64,000 nucleotides of DNA from NCBI GenBank assembly GCA_048938855.1, contig JBHLLT010000003.1, positions 1-64,000 on the forward strand, read 5' to 3'. Under the pieces are notes generated by a model. It was not told the origin of the DNA, did not search any database, and saw only the letters and a program-made list of their open reading frames with translations. Below, piece after piece: positions 48,308 through 58,684 of the stretch. This stretch comes from Promethearchaeota archaeon (GTDB taxonomy: Archaea; Asgardarchaeota; Lokiarchaeia; Sigyniarchaeales; SOKP01). Position numbers and translations under genes: made by a program. Position 1 is the stretch's first letter. The number at the start of each line of letters is the position of its first letter.

Positions 48308-49933
48308 TTATTTTGTTGGAAACGGTTTTTCTTTTATTTCTGTACTTTCTTGTGTTGGTTTTCCTTTTAAAAATGATGAGGTTTTATGCAATTCACTCCT
48401 ATATTCCTTTTTGAATGCTTTTTCTCTCTCTATAATAAGAACTGTGGGTTCCTTTTTTCTTGCTAAAGTTCTTCTATACTTTCTTACTTTTCTTACGGGT
48501 CTAGGATATTTTAAAACCCTCTGATAAGCAAATAGATATCCACCAATACCCACACCTACAACACTGGCAACTATTAATAATATCCTAAATAACACCGGTT
48601 CTGGGAATAGGTCATCTGTTGTTACAATATAAGTAATCCTAAAATCTGCATTATCAATAGTAATTGTGATATCCTTAGTTAATCCAAACTTATCTGCTAA
48701 AAATAATTGAATTTTAAGTGAAATGCTAATATTTTTTGAGATGTAAGGTGTTACATCAAGCATCCCATCAAATGCGGGTTGTAGAGTCAATATTGCTGTA
48801 CTTAATTTTAGGGTTTCTGGCAGTTGTTTATCATTGATAAACACTCGAATTTCTGAATTAGGAGATGCACTAGAGGGCCAAGTTACATTTGTTTTAAAAT
48901 CAAAGTTCAAGATAGCGTTTGATATACGAGTATTTTCTCCTGTAATCTTGTCTCCTGTCTGTTGCCATGAGACTGTTGTAAATTGATCAATTTTCTTTTC
49001 ATATGAAAAGCTAAGGTTAAAATTTCTAATTATCAAGGCATTCCATCTATCAATATCTACTCCTATTTCATTGTCTTCACAATATATATCAATTCCGAGG
49101 GTTACCACAAAATTATGCCCATCATTTATAAAAGCTGAAGTTAATACATCTTTTAAAACATTTTCAGGTACTACCCTCATAGGGGTGTCGGGATAACTTC
49201 CTAAAGCAGGAGAATCTCTTCCCAACTCACCTGTGTGATTATAAGCAACTCTAACAGGTGTAAAGGATTCCTCAGTATCTGAAATTAGAATATAGAACTC
49301 TGAATAATCACCTGTAGAGTAAGCATCCAAACCAGTATCTCCATTTCTATCAATACCACCATTATTCCAAGGCGCAACTGTTACTGTTGCATTGAAATCA
49401 GATTCTAGTGAAGCAGAGGTTATTATATAGTCTCTCATATCAATTGGCATGTGGATAGTTCTTTGCCATCTCACACTTGGGCGATTGGTAGTTTGGTTGA
49501 TGTTTTCATCCCATAAGTGAGAAACATAGCATCCAGATGAATTGATCTCATAATCATCTGGTAAAATAGGTAAGTCAGGATTTTTAACAGCGGTCCAATC
49601 TGCATCACTAAGCGGATCATCTATAGTATAATTACCAGAATCACCATAAATATAAAAATTTCCCGCCTGATTGCTTATTGAGGCATTAACATCATTAGGA
49701 TCTCCTCCCTCCTTAATTGATGTCCATGCTGTAAAATCATTGAAACGCCGATTAGTAAGCCATTGTCTTGAAATCGTTCTTTCTGCTGAAATATGCAAAT
49801 TTTGGGGATCTTTTTCTTGAGTTAAATAATAGTTAGAATTAAAATTTGAAATGAACACAAAAAGAAACAAAATTAATAATGTTGATATGAAGAAATAATA
49901 TTTTTTATTTCTTTGATGATTGTAATTTTTAAT
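48308..49933 (-). CDS. Membrane-anchored surface protein, paralogue 2 (probable ATT start at 49933)
   Basis: Same module as its neighbours. The frame stays open upstream of the track start (49870) to an ATT 8 nt after a GGTGAT RBS, which restores a full signal peptide. Confidence 0.8.
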   Translation of the reverse strand: MKNYNHQRNKKYYFFISTLLILFLFVFISNFNSNYYLTQEKDPQNLHISAERTISRQWLTNRRFNDFTAWTSIKEGGDPNDVNASISNQAGNFYIYGDSGNYTIDDPLSDADWTAVKNPDLPILPDDYEINSSGCYVSHLWDENINQTTNRPSVRWQRTIHMPIDMRDYIITSASLESDFNATVTVAPWNNGGIDRNGDTGLDAYSTGDYSEFYILISDTEESFTPVRVAYNHTGELGRDSPALGSYPDTPMRVVPENVLKDVLTSAFINDGHNFVVTLGIDIYCEDNEIGVDIDRWNALIIRNFNLSFSYEKKIDQFTTVSWQQTGDKITGENTRISNAILNFDFKTNVTWPSSASPNSEIRVFINDKQLPETLKLSTAILTLQPAFDGMLDVTPYISKNISISLKIQLFLADKFGLTKDITITIDNADFRITYIVTTDDLFPEPVLFRILLIVASVVGVGIGGYLFAYQRVLKYPRPVRKVRKYRRTLARKKEPTVLIIEREKAFKKEYRSELHKTSSFLKGKPTQESTEIKEKPFPTK

Positions 49934-50216
49934 TGAAACTTATCACCAACACTTAAGATATTCTAATATCAATATTTCATTGAATTTAATATTTAATATT
50001 AATAATTGCAATAAATATTCTTAAGAATTAATTAAAAAACGTTTATTAAAAAAGTTATTTATCATAGTTTTGGATAATTCTGTAGTTTGGATTCTTTAAG
50101 AAAAAAAATCTATTTGTACAAAATTATCATTTGGATCTTTGAAAAATAAAAACCCTTTTATGAATAAAAGGTCAGAAATTGAATATCAAAAAATAATAAA
50201 TAAAAATAAAATTAGA

Positions 50217-53200
50217 TTAGGATGTATCGTTATTCAATTCATTTCCAATAGAATCTTTAATTATTTTATCTAATTCTTCCTTTTTTTTCAACGATTTCGT
50301 GATGAGTTCCTCAGAATTTATCTTTTCATCTTGTCCACTTTGAGGAAGTATTTCAGATTTCATAACTATATCTTTACTTTTCGCCTTTTCACCTTTATGT
50401 AATAGTAAATTAGTGTTCAATTCTTGGGAGATTTTAGCTACTTCTTTATTATATAAATGCTTGAATGCAAACTCTTGACTCACAATAGGAATTTCAGGTG
50501 TTTTTTCTTTATTTAAAGATTTTCTAAATTTTCTGACTTTCCTTACAGTTTTAGGATATTTAAATATTCTTTGGTATAATATTACATAAGAAGCTAAACC
50601 TCCAATTCCAATACATGCCAAAACGAATAAAATCTCATACAGTATAAATTCTTTAATTGGTATGAAAATGTCATAAGAAATCCATAAACTTACATTATCT
50701 ATTGAAATTTTAATATTTTCACCTAAAGCAAATTCGTCAGCAAGAAATACTTGAATGGTTACATTTATCTCATCATCATTAGGTATTATACTTCCAACAT
50801 TAAATCCAGTTTCTGAAACATTTTGAAATATCATTCCTATATCATTTAGTCGAACAGTTTCATTATGTTCTACTCCATTAATAGAAATCTTAAATTTAGA
50901 ATTAGGAGATAAATCTGAAGGCCATAATTTATTCAATTTTGTTTCAAATTTAAGTTGTGCATCTCTTACTTCAACTCTATATCCATTTGCCTCAATTTGT
51001 TTACCATGATATGTCCAGGATCCAGTATTAAATTGGTTTATTCTCTTTTCATATGATATCGATAGGGAAAAGTTTTTGATAATCATCATCTGCCAATCAT
51101 CTGAATCTCCTGGATGGCCACTATCTTCACACCAGAAATACATACCTAATGTAATAGCAAAATTCTGATGATCGTATTGCAAAGCCTGTTCAAGATAAAA
51201 AATTAAAGTCTCTTCATTAACGGGAGTTATTAAAGTATCATTTAGCTGGGTAATACCAGGCGGTCCATCTTTACCTAAATCATCAGTTTGATATTGCGTA
51301 GCAATGAATTCTCTATTCTTATCAACATCTGAAATCATGATAAAAAACCGAGCAAAATCACCAGTAGCTATTTGGACTGTTGTACCTCCAGCTAATGTAT
51401 CTCCTGGTCGATCTATACCTCCACCATTTACAGGACTATCATCTACAGTTCCATTAATCCAAGCCTCTAATGAAGCAGAGGTAATATAATAATCCGACAT
51501 ATTTACGTTCATGGTAAAATTTTTCCTCCATTGTACTTTTACTGATTGAGGTTGATTATCCGGCCAAAAGAAGTATGAATACCACCCTCGATCATCCATG
51601 CCTGATCCACCACTTGAGATTGGATCAAAATAATCAGGTAATACAATATTGTCTTCATTTTGAAGTTTAGTCCAGTTGGCACTAGTACCATCTTCATAAA
51701 AGTTCTGTGTTCCATAATCTCCTATAATTTCATAATTAGCACTGCTATTGTCAATATTCAAAGATAAATCGGTTGCATCACCCTCCATAAACGTAGTCCA
51801 ATTATCATTTACATCAAAATTGGAATTTTCAATCCACTGTTCATGATGAGAGATTCTATTAAATAAAAGAGGATTTTGAACTTGTAGCATGTTTAAACTC
51901 ATTAATTTGTTTTTACCTACATAATTAGGAAAGAAATAACCTATCATAGGAATGAAAATTAAACCTATTATAATCATAAAAATAATGACAAGTTTTTTCG
52001 CAAGTTCTATATTTTCTTTGGAACTATTTGATTTAGGTATTTTAGATACTGTTTTAGTAGGGGGTTTTAAAGTTACCACATTTGAAGTTTTCTTCAATTC
52101 TCTGTTATAATTTGAATTAAAAGCCTTTTGTCGGCTTTTTATTGGCACATTTGGAGGCTCCTTCTTATTGAGTGTCCTACGGAATTTTCTGATTTTTCTT
52201 ACTTGTCGGGGAAATCTTAAAACCAACCTATAATATACAAAATAACCTCCCAACAAAACAGAACCTGTTAAAGCCACAATTAATAATATAATAAAAAGAT
52301 CATTATCCCTTGTGGGAAGGAAAACATCATATGAAATATTCAATATTACATTATCTATACTAATTGTTATATCGTCTTTTAGATTGAATTTATCAGCTAG
52401 AAATACTTGTATGGAGAGGTTAATTTCCTCATTATTAGGAATTAAATAACCTATCTCAAAACCTCCGATTTTTGCTGGTTTAAAATTTTCTTCAGCGAAT
52501 TTTAAACTTATTGATTCAGTATGTTCATTATCGTTTATTAAAATTCTGATTTCAGAGTTTGGTGATAAATCCTCTGACCATTCTTTGCTGATTTTATAAT
52601 CAAATTGTAAATTTGCATAGTTAATTTCTACAGCACCCCCCCTATTGTCAATTGGGTTTCCAAGATATTTCCATGATGCACTAGTCAACCTATTAATTTT
52701 CTTTATATATGAAATTGTAAAATTACAAGATTTAAAATAAGCTCCAGTAAATTCATCTAAATCAGTAGAACAATTATCCTCACAATTAAATTCCATTCCT
52801 AGAATAATTAGGAAATTCTGATAATCACCATTTTCTAAAACTTGATTTAAAAAGAATATTAGATCCTCTATATTATCAGCATAAAATATCATATCATTCA
52901 AATAATCATATGATCCGTTTACTTCTGCTCCATCCTCTCCGAGAGTAGTAGTTTGAAATTGGGCTACTTTATAATTAACATCTTTATTTAGAGTTGAAAG
53001 TCTAACAAAAAACCTAATGAAATCGCCTTCAATGAATCGAACTACCCCTGTTGTATCGCCAACTGCTTCAACACCTTCCCAATGCCATACATCTCCACTT
53101 CCACATCCGACGAAAGATTTAGCAGTTGCATTTATCTTAACATCTAATGTAGCATTAGTTATTGTATAATCAGACATATTTTGGGGAGTTGTAATAACTT

Positions 53201-53651
53201 TCTCCCATTGAACACTAGTTTTTTGATAGGCATTTGTAGTAGTTCCAAGATGTTCAGCCCACAAGTGGGAAGCAAAACAACCATATTTATTAATTTCATA
53301 CCCTTGAGTAGGATAAACGGGTATCTCTGGGTTTGTATTATTATACCAGCCTTCTGATGTTGAAGAATTTGGGGTTCCTGATATTAAAGTGATTGTATAA
53401 GTTTCTCCTTGAACATTAAAATTTGCTTGTCCAGCACTGATATCATTATTAACATCAGTTACGTCTCCATTAATTTCGGAAATCCAATTAGCATTATCAT
53501 TAAAATCTGGATTTTGGATCCACTGTTCAAGATAAGTCGTTTTTGTCAATTGCTGAGCCCTTACGGGCATGATAAACATGTTGGTAAAAAATAGAAAAGA
53601 TGCTAAAATAATTAATATTTTTAAGATTTTCTTTTTAGATTTTAAATTCAT
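50217..53651 (-). CDS. Membrane-anchored surface protein, paralogue 1 (two modules in tandem, four hydrophobic segments)
   Basis: Two copies of the ~500-aa unit (signal/TM, module, TM, basic tail) in one frame. Confidence 0.85.
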   Translation of the reverse strand: MNLKSKKKILKILIILASFLFFTNMFIMPVRAQQLTKTTYLEQWIQNPDFNDNANWISEINGDVTDVNNDISAGQANFNVQGETYTITLISGTPNSSTSEGWYNNTNPEIPVYPTQGYEINKYGCFASHLWAEHLGTTTNAYQKTSVQWEKVITTPQNMSDYTITNATLDVKINATAKSFVGCGSGDVWHWEGVEAVGDTTGVVRFIEGDFIRFFVRLSTLNKDVNYKVAQFQTTTLGEDGAEVNGSYDYLNDMIFYADNIEDLIFFLNQVLENGDYQNFLIILGMEFNCEDNCSTDLDEFTGAYFKSCNFTISYIKKINRLTSASWKYLGNPIDNRGGAVEINYANLQFDYKISKEWSEDLSPNSEIRILINDNEHTESISLKFAEENFKPAKIGGFEIGYLIPNNEEINLSIQVFLADKFNLKDDITISIDNVILNISYDVFLPTRDNDLFIILLIVALTGSVLLGGYFVYYRLVLRFPRQVRKIRKFRRTLNKKEPPNVPIKSRQKAFNSNYNRELKKTSNVVTLKPPTKTVSKIPKSNSSKENIELAKKLVIIFMIIIGLIFIPMIGYFFPNYVGKNKLMSLNMLQVQNPLLFNRISHHEQWIENSNFDVNDNWTTFMEGDATDLSLNIDNSSANYEIIGDYGTQNFYEDGTSANWTKLQNEDNIVLPDYFDPISSGGSGMDDRGWYSYFFWPDNQPQSVKVQWRKNFTMNVNMSDYYITSASLEAWINGTVDDSPVNGGGIDRPGDTLAGGTTVQIATGDFARFFIMISDVDKNREFIATQYQTDDLGKDGPPGITQLNDTLITPVNEETLIFYLEQALQYDHQNFAITLGMYFWCEDSGHPGDSDDWQMMIIKNFSLSISYEKRINQFNTGSWTYHGKQIEANGYRVEVRDAQLKFETKLNKLWPSDLSPNSKFKISINGVEHNETVRLNDIGMIFQNVSETGFNVGSIIPNDDEINVTIQVFLADEFALGENIKISIDNVSLWISYDIFIPIKEFILYEILFVLACIGIGGLASYVILYQRIFKYPKTVRKVRKFRKSLNKEKTPEIPIVSQEFAFKHLYNKEVAKISQELNTNLLLHKGEKAKSKDIVMKSEILPQSGQDEKINSEELITKSLKKKEELDKIIKDSIGNELNNDTS

Positions 53652-53844
53652 AATTCAGATTAACCTCATTAATAATAAAAATCAACAAGTCATATTCATT
53701 TTTATTGTTTAATATAGTTATTAGTATTATACTTGAAATTTCACACGTAAATTAAATAAAATTAATAATAATAAGTTACTTAAGAAATTATTATATATAT
53801 TTCATTAACTGAGTTATAATAAAACATTTAAGAGGAATCTAAAA

Positions 53845-55098
53845 TTGATCCAAGGAATTTTAACATTTCAGTTCAAAATCAATCAAAAAGATACGGGCGA
53901 AATAGAACCGGAATTTGAACCTGTTCAATTAGTATTCAGGGAAGATAAATACGATGAAGAGGATTTTTCAGAATTATTAGCTGAAAATGATATTTTCGCG
54001 ATTTTTTATCAACATACTACGGGACTTTTCGGAGTCAAATATAGTTATAGTAATTTTTATGAGGGAAGACTAAAAGAGACTCCATATCAAGTAGTATCAT
54101 ATTTCAAACAAGTAGCAGATGGAACACAGTACTTAGCAATATCTATATTTGAGTTGGATGATGAAATTGGAATTTTTGAAGATTTAATAAAAGAAATGGG
54201 GAATCGATTAGATGTCATATTTGATAAATTAACAAGAGCACGGAATTCGAAACAGCTCTCTTTAATTGAAAATATTAATATTAGGCTAAAAAATGAAATT
54301 AAATTCACGATATTTCAAGTTGATAGACTATCCAGTTTAGATAAGCTTCAAAAAGCGGCGCTAATCTATAATAGTGAAGAACGTTTAAAGATATTGGAAA
54401 TTTTACGTAGAGCTCCGATATCGAAAAAGGATATGAAAAGTATTTTAGAAAAAATAACTGCAAATATCAATATTGATATTTTACTTCAACCATTTTTAGA
54501 GTTAAATATTATTAGAAGAGATTGGATAAAGGGGGAAAAAGATAAAAAAACAGGAGAGATAACACATCAAGGAGAATATTTATTCCTTGTTAAGGATATA
54601 ATGCTTGTTCGCGTTCCAAATGAAAATCTCTTAAACCACTTTAAGGACACAAAAAATGAATTATTACCTCTTTATAAACAAAAAGTTATTGACTTCTTTG
54701 CAAACTACGATCCTTATGCTGAAACTATTGAGGAAACGAGAAAATTAGCCGCGATTATTTTAAATCCAGATGTTTATGATTTCTTCGTATTGATGAGACA
54801 TAATCATTACCCATTGGACAAAATACCAAAAATATTTTCCGAATTTGCAGTTACAGAGATTTTACTGGATGATTTGAAAAAACTTAATATTATAACCGAG
54901 GTTATTGACGATAATAATAGGAAATGGATATGTTTATTAACGGATATTAAACCTTTGATAATTTTTCCAGAATATCTACTTCCTAAAATAAGAGAAGCCT
55001 ATAAAAATCAAGAAACTGATGGAGCAATAACTTTTGAAATTGCTAAGAAAGCACTTAGCTTATTAGAAGTAACTTATCCTGAGAAAGTAACTTTTTAA
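53845..55098 (+). CDS. Hypothetical protein; probable longin/uDENN-like N-domain plus winged-helix domains (NPRL2-like architecture)
   Basis: N-terminal beta-beta-alpha-beta-beta-beta-alpha pattern; wHTH-like ERLKILEILRRAPISKKD...LLQPFLELNII and a second ...ILLDDLKKLNII.EV.D. Confidence 0.55.
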   Translation: MIQGILTFQFKINQKDTGEIEPEFEPVQLVFREDKYDEEDFSELLAENDIFAIFYQHTTGLFGVKYSYSNFYEGRLKETPYQVVSYFKQVADGTQYLAISIFELDDEIGIFEDLIKEMGNRLDVIFDKLTRARNSKQLSLIENINIRLKNEIKFTIFQVDRLSSLDKLQKAALIYNSEERLKILEILRRAPISKKDMKSILEKITANINIDILLQPFLELNIIRRDWIKGEKDKKTGEITHQGEYLFLVKDIMLVRVPNENLLNHFKDTKNELLPLYKQKVIDFFANYDPYAETIEETRKLAAIILNPDVYDFFVLMRHNHYPLDKIPKIFSEFAVTEILLDDLKKLNIITEVIDDNNRKWICLLTDIKPLIIFPEYLLPKIREAYKNQETDGAITFEIAKKALSLLEVTYPEKVTF

Positions 55099-55128
55099 AG
55101 TTTAAAAAAAAGAGGATGATTAGAAAAA

Positions 55129-57330
55129 ATGTATATGTTTAAAGATAAAGATATTGTAGAAGTTCCAATTACATGTAAAATATGTCTAAAAGAGATTAAA
55201 TTTCTAATTTCAGCGGACGAATATAAAGAAATCAAAAAATTCCCAATTACAAAGGAAAATATTCATGGAGATCCACCTCACAAAATAATTGTTTTTTTAA
55301 ATCAATATTTAGAAATTGAAAATTTTGAAATAAAGAATGTAATTGAAAAAACTGAAGAGGTTTCTTATTCAAAAGAGCTAACCAAACAAGTACTAAGTGA
55401 AATTGATTTATCCGATGATGAAATTGAACTCTATTTTCGTACAACAGGTCGAGAAGCAGTCTCTATTGGCGAAATGTCTATTTTAATCAATAAATCGAAA
55501 GAAGATTGTAAAAAAATTGCAGAAAAATTTGTGGACAAAGGGTTATTTAAAGAAATCGTTGGTGCAACACCTCATTTTCAAGCTTTACCTCCTTATGCTG
55601 CCTTAATTGCTCAATTACAAAATTTTTATAAATACATTTCAGATATTAAATCAAAAATTCCTAAACAATTAGATGTTTCTTTCGCTAAATTAGAAAGTCA
55701 AACAGAAGGAATGGAGAGATTAAAAGATTCGAGCGAAGTGATGGATGGATTAAAAGAAAAAATGCTATCTCAAATTCAAGCTCAAAAGAAGGAATTCGAT
55801 AGCACAATTTCTGCAATTGATCAGATTAGAACAATTTCAGAAGATATATCTCAACTTGGAGATATCACAAAATCACTCACAGATGATCAATTGGGTTCTT
55901 TATCAAAACAATTTGAAAATCTTAATGTCAGGACATCTCAAATAATTAAAAATCAAGTAGATGATCTTAGGGATCAGTTTGGCGATATTAAAAACACAAT
56001 TACAGATAATTTACAGAAATTAAGATTAGGTGTAATTCAACAGGCAGTAGGAGATGTAATTGATAAGGTCATAGCCTCTCGCTTAAAAGATATAACTGAT
56101 AACTTAAATGTGCAATTAAGTGTTAGTCAAACTGTTTTTGCTGATGAATTAAAAAAAGCTACTCAGGGGATAAATACAGAAGTAGTTTCAAAATTACAGG
56201 ATTCACTTCAAGAAGCTGTTAAGAATATTGATTCAATTACGGCAAAATCTGGTGAAGATAAGAATAAAATATTTTCTGATCTTTCAGACAATTTCAATAA
56301 GGCTGTAAAATTAGCGGAAGAAAGAATTGATGGCCTTTCAGGAGGTATTTTTGAATCATTTGGGAATATAAAAGATATATTTGGAAAAGGGATTGTTGAT
56401 ACTTTGGATAATACATTATCAGATATTATGAGCCGACTGGAAGTTAGTGAAATTACTACTAGAGAATTCTGGGAACAAGCTAAAGGAAGACGAGGTATTA
56501 CGATGAAAGATATCTGGTTTATTCGCTCTCCAGAAGCAGCTAAAGCTCATATTAATGATGAGATTTCGAAAGCAAAGATGAGAGTTTTAATTGTTGCTCC
56601 AAATCTTTCCGATATTGACATTGAGGCTATTAAATCTCGACCCTCGCGTATTAATTTCAGAATTGCAGCATATATTGATCCAACTATACCTGAACATGAA
56701 GCAATAATGAGAGAGATGGATAAAATGGATAATGTAGACTATAGAAACCGAGGACTTCAAAATCTTTGGGGTATTAATAAAGACTATGAAGAAGTAATAT
56801 TATGCGTTCTTTCAAAAACTGAGTTTAGAGGAGAAACAATTACAGAAATCGCAGGTATTGGAAGTATTATAGAAGAACACATCAAAATATTTGTTCCAAT
56901 AATAGAAGAGGCTTGGGTAGGAGCAAGAAAAGAAATCATGCGTACAATTAAAAAACCAGTATTAGAAGAACCATTGAAAGAAGAACCTTTACGTGAAGAA
57001 CCTTTTGTATCCACTCCTGCAATAACCATCCCTCCTGAAGAAGAAGCCCCAGAAACAGAAAAAGTCGTTGAAGCGCCTAAACCAACCATATTATCAAACC
57101 AATTTGATGAGATTATTAATAATCTTGACAATATGACTGGAACTGAAATATCTTTAGCATTAGAACGATTTCAAAATGAATATGTAAAACTTGAAGGCTA
57201 TAATAGCGTTTTGAAAAATGTACACAACACAAGTATAGAATTAAAGAGCAATCCTGAAAAATTGAGTAGTCCAGAAAAAGACGAATTAAAATTATCAATG
57301 AAAATCTGGAAACAGAAGCTAAATCTTTAA
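55129..57330 (+). CDS. Giant TrmB-like regulator: Zn-binding domain, wHTH, long coiled coil, PLD-like domain, P/E linker, helical C-domain
   Basis: CKIC...HGDPPH; LS.DE.ELYF...SIGE.S....K....F..KGL...ALPP (TrmB HTH); about 290 aa of helical repeats; IWFIRS.E...I.KAK.RV.I.AP (TrmB effector domain). Confidence 0.7.
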   Translation: MYMFKDKDIVEVPITCKICLKEIKFLISADEYKEIKKFPITKENIHGDPPHKIIVFLNQYLEIENFEIKNVIEKTEEVSYSKELTKQVLSEIDLSDDEIELYFRTTGREAVSIGEMSILINKSKEDCKKIAEKFVDKGLFKEIVGATPHFQALPPYAALIAQLQNFYKYISDIKSKIPKQLDVSFAKLESQTEGMERLKDSSEVMDGLKEKMLSQIQAQKKEFDSTISAIDQIRTISEDISQLGDITKSLTDDQLGSLSKQFENLNVRTSQIIKNQVDDLRDQFGDIKNTITDNLQKLRLGVIQQAVGDVIDKVIASRLKDITDNLNVQLSVSQTVFADELKKATQGINTEVVSKLQDSLQEAVKNIDSITAKSGEDKNKIFSDLSDNFNKAVKLAEERIDGLSGGIFESFGNIKDIFGKGIVDTLDNTLSDIMSRLEVSEITTREFWEQAKGRRGITMKDIWFIRSPEAAKAHINDEISKAKMRVLIVAPNLSDIDIEAIKSRPSRINFRIAAYIDPTIPEHEAIMREMDKMDNVDYRNRGLQNLWGINKDYEEVILCVLSKTEFRGETITEIAGIGSIIEEHIKIFVPIIEEAWVGARKEIMRTIKKPVLEEPLKEEPLREEPFVSTPAITIPPEEEAPETEKVVEAPKPTILSNQFDEIINNLDNMTGTEISLALERFQNEYVKLEGYNSVLKNVHNTSIELKSNPEKLSSPEKDELKLSMKIWKQKLNL

Positions 57331-57456
57331 ATGATTATTTTTTTTTAATATTAAAATTATGTAAAGTTGACTATTTTTCATAATCAAATATCTTTCTCTT
57401 TAAAGATGTATATAAGATAAGAATTCTAAAATTATCCTTGATAAAATTATAATTAA

Positions 57457-58683
57457 TTGATATCATTAGATTTTATAATGGATGGAATTGTAGATCAATT
57501 CGATGTTTGCATCATTGGGGGAAGCATTGCTGGCAATTATTTATGTTATTTATTATCAAAAACGCATTTAAAAATAGTGGTTATTGAAGAACATAAAGAA
57601 ATTGGATATCCTCTACAATGTGCAGGCATTCTTTCTCAAAAATTAAGTAATTTAATTGATTTACCAGAAGAAATCATTATAAATAGAGTAAATACAGCAA
57701 AAATCATCGCTCCCTCTGGAGATTATATTAAATTATCCGGAGCTGAAAGACCATATGTAATTAATAGAATAGCGTTGGATAAGCTATATTATGAGAAAAT
57801 AAAAGATCTTAATAATATCATTTATTATTTTGAAGAAAAATTCAAATCTTTCAAATATGTGATCGAGGATAGAAAAAAGTTACTATTAATTGAGACTACT
57901 AAAAGAATAATCAAATCAAAATTATTAATTGGATGCGATGGCCCTTTAAGTACAGTTGGCAAGATATTAAGAGTTAGAAATAAGATTTTGTATGCTTCTC
58001 AAATAAGAATTAAGAATAAGTTCAATCAAGATGAAGCTGCAATGTATTTTAACCCAAAATGGAAAGAACTGTTTGGATGGATTGTCCCTGAAGGGAATAG
58101 TATATTCAGAATTGGCTTAGCTTCTTTAATGAATGTAAATACTAATTTCAAAAATTTCATTAAATCACTTGGGATTGAAAAAAGCCAAGCAATTGATAGA
58201 CAAGGAGGGTTAATACCATACGGTATTATGAATAAGGTTGCTTTTGATAATATTCTATTATTAGGAGACTCTGCATGCCAAGTAAAAGCAACCACAGGAG
58301 GCGGTATTATTTTATTATTAATAAGTGCTAAATTTGCTGCTAATTGTATAATAAACTGTTTTAAAAGTGATATATTTTCAAAAAGGTATATTAGAAAACA
58401 TTACGGAAAGCCTTGTGCATCTACTGTTGGAAAAGAATTAAAAATACATTATTTAATCAGAATCTTTTTAGAGAATTTAACTGAAAAGGATTTTAAAATT
58501 CTCTTTAAAATCATTAGAACAACAAAGATCGGACATTTAATCTCTTTTTATGGTGATATGGATTTCCCAAGAGTTTTAGTATTAAATTTGTTAAAGAATC
58601 CACTTGTTATTTCCTTCTTATTAAAGTATTTGCTAAAAAATCCAACAATTATCATCAGGTTTCTAAAAATCCTAAAAATATGA
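57457..58683 (+). CDS. Geranylgeranyl reductase family flavoprotein (DGGGPL reductase-like)
   Basis: IIGGSIAG, P.QCAG, GCDG, FGWIVP, LLGDSA.QVK..TGGGI motifs. Confidence 0.9.
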   Translation: MISLDFIMDGIVDQFDVCIIGGSIAGNYLCYLLSKTHLKIVVIEEHKEIGYPLQCAGILSQKLSNLIDLPEEIIINRVNTAKIIAPSGDYIKLSGAERPYVINRIALDKLYYEKIKDLNNIIYYFEEKFKSFKYVIEDRKKLLLIETTKRIIKSKLLIGCDGPLSTVGKILRVRNKILYASQIRIKNKFNQDEAAMYFNPKWKELFGWIVPEGNSIFRIGLASLMNVNTNFKNFIKSLGIEKSQAIDRQGGLIPYGIMNKVAFDNILLLGDSACQVKATTGGGIILLLISAKFAANCIINCFKSDIFSKRYIRKHYGKPCASTVGKELKIHYLIRIFLENLTEKDFKILFKIIRTTKIGHLISFYGDMDFPRVLVLNLLKNPLVISFLLKYLLKNPTIIIRFLKILKI

Positions 58684-58684
58684 A

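Noticed and set aside
46456-53651. Idea that the repeated surface genes are DGR targets or a CRISPR-like array
   Set aside because: No reverse transcriptase, no near-identical TR/VR pair differing only at adenines, and no short regularly spaced repeats; divergence is ordinary paralogy.
56784-57131. 115-aa antisense ORF in the TrmB-like gene
   Set aside because: Shadow of the Glu/Pro-rich linker.
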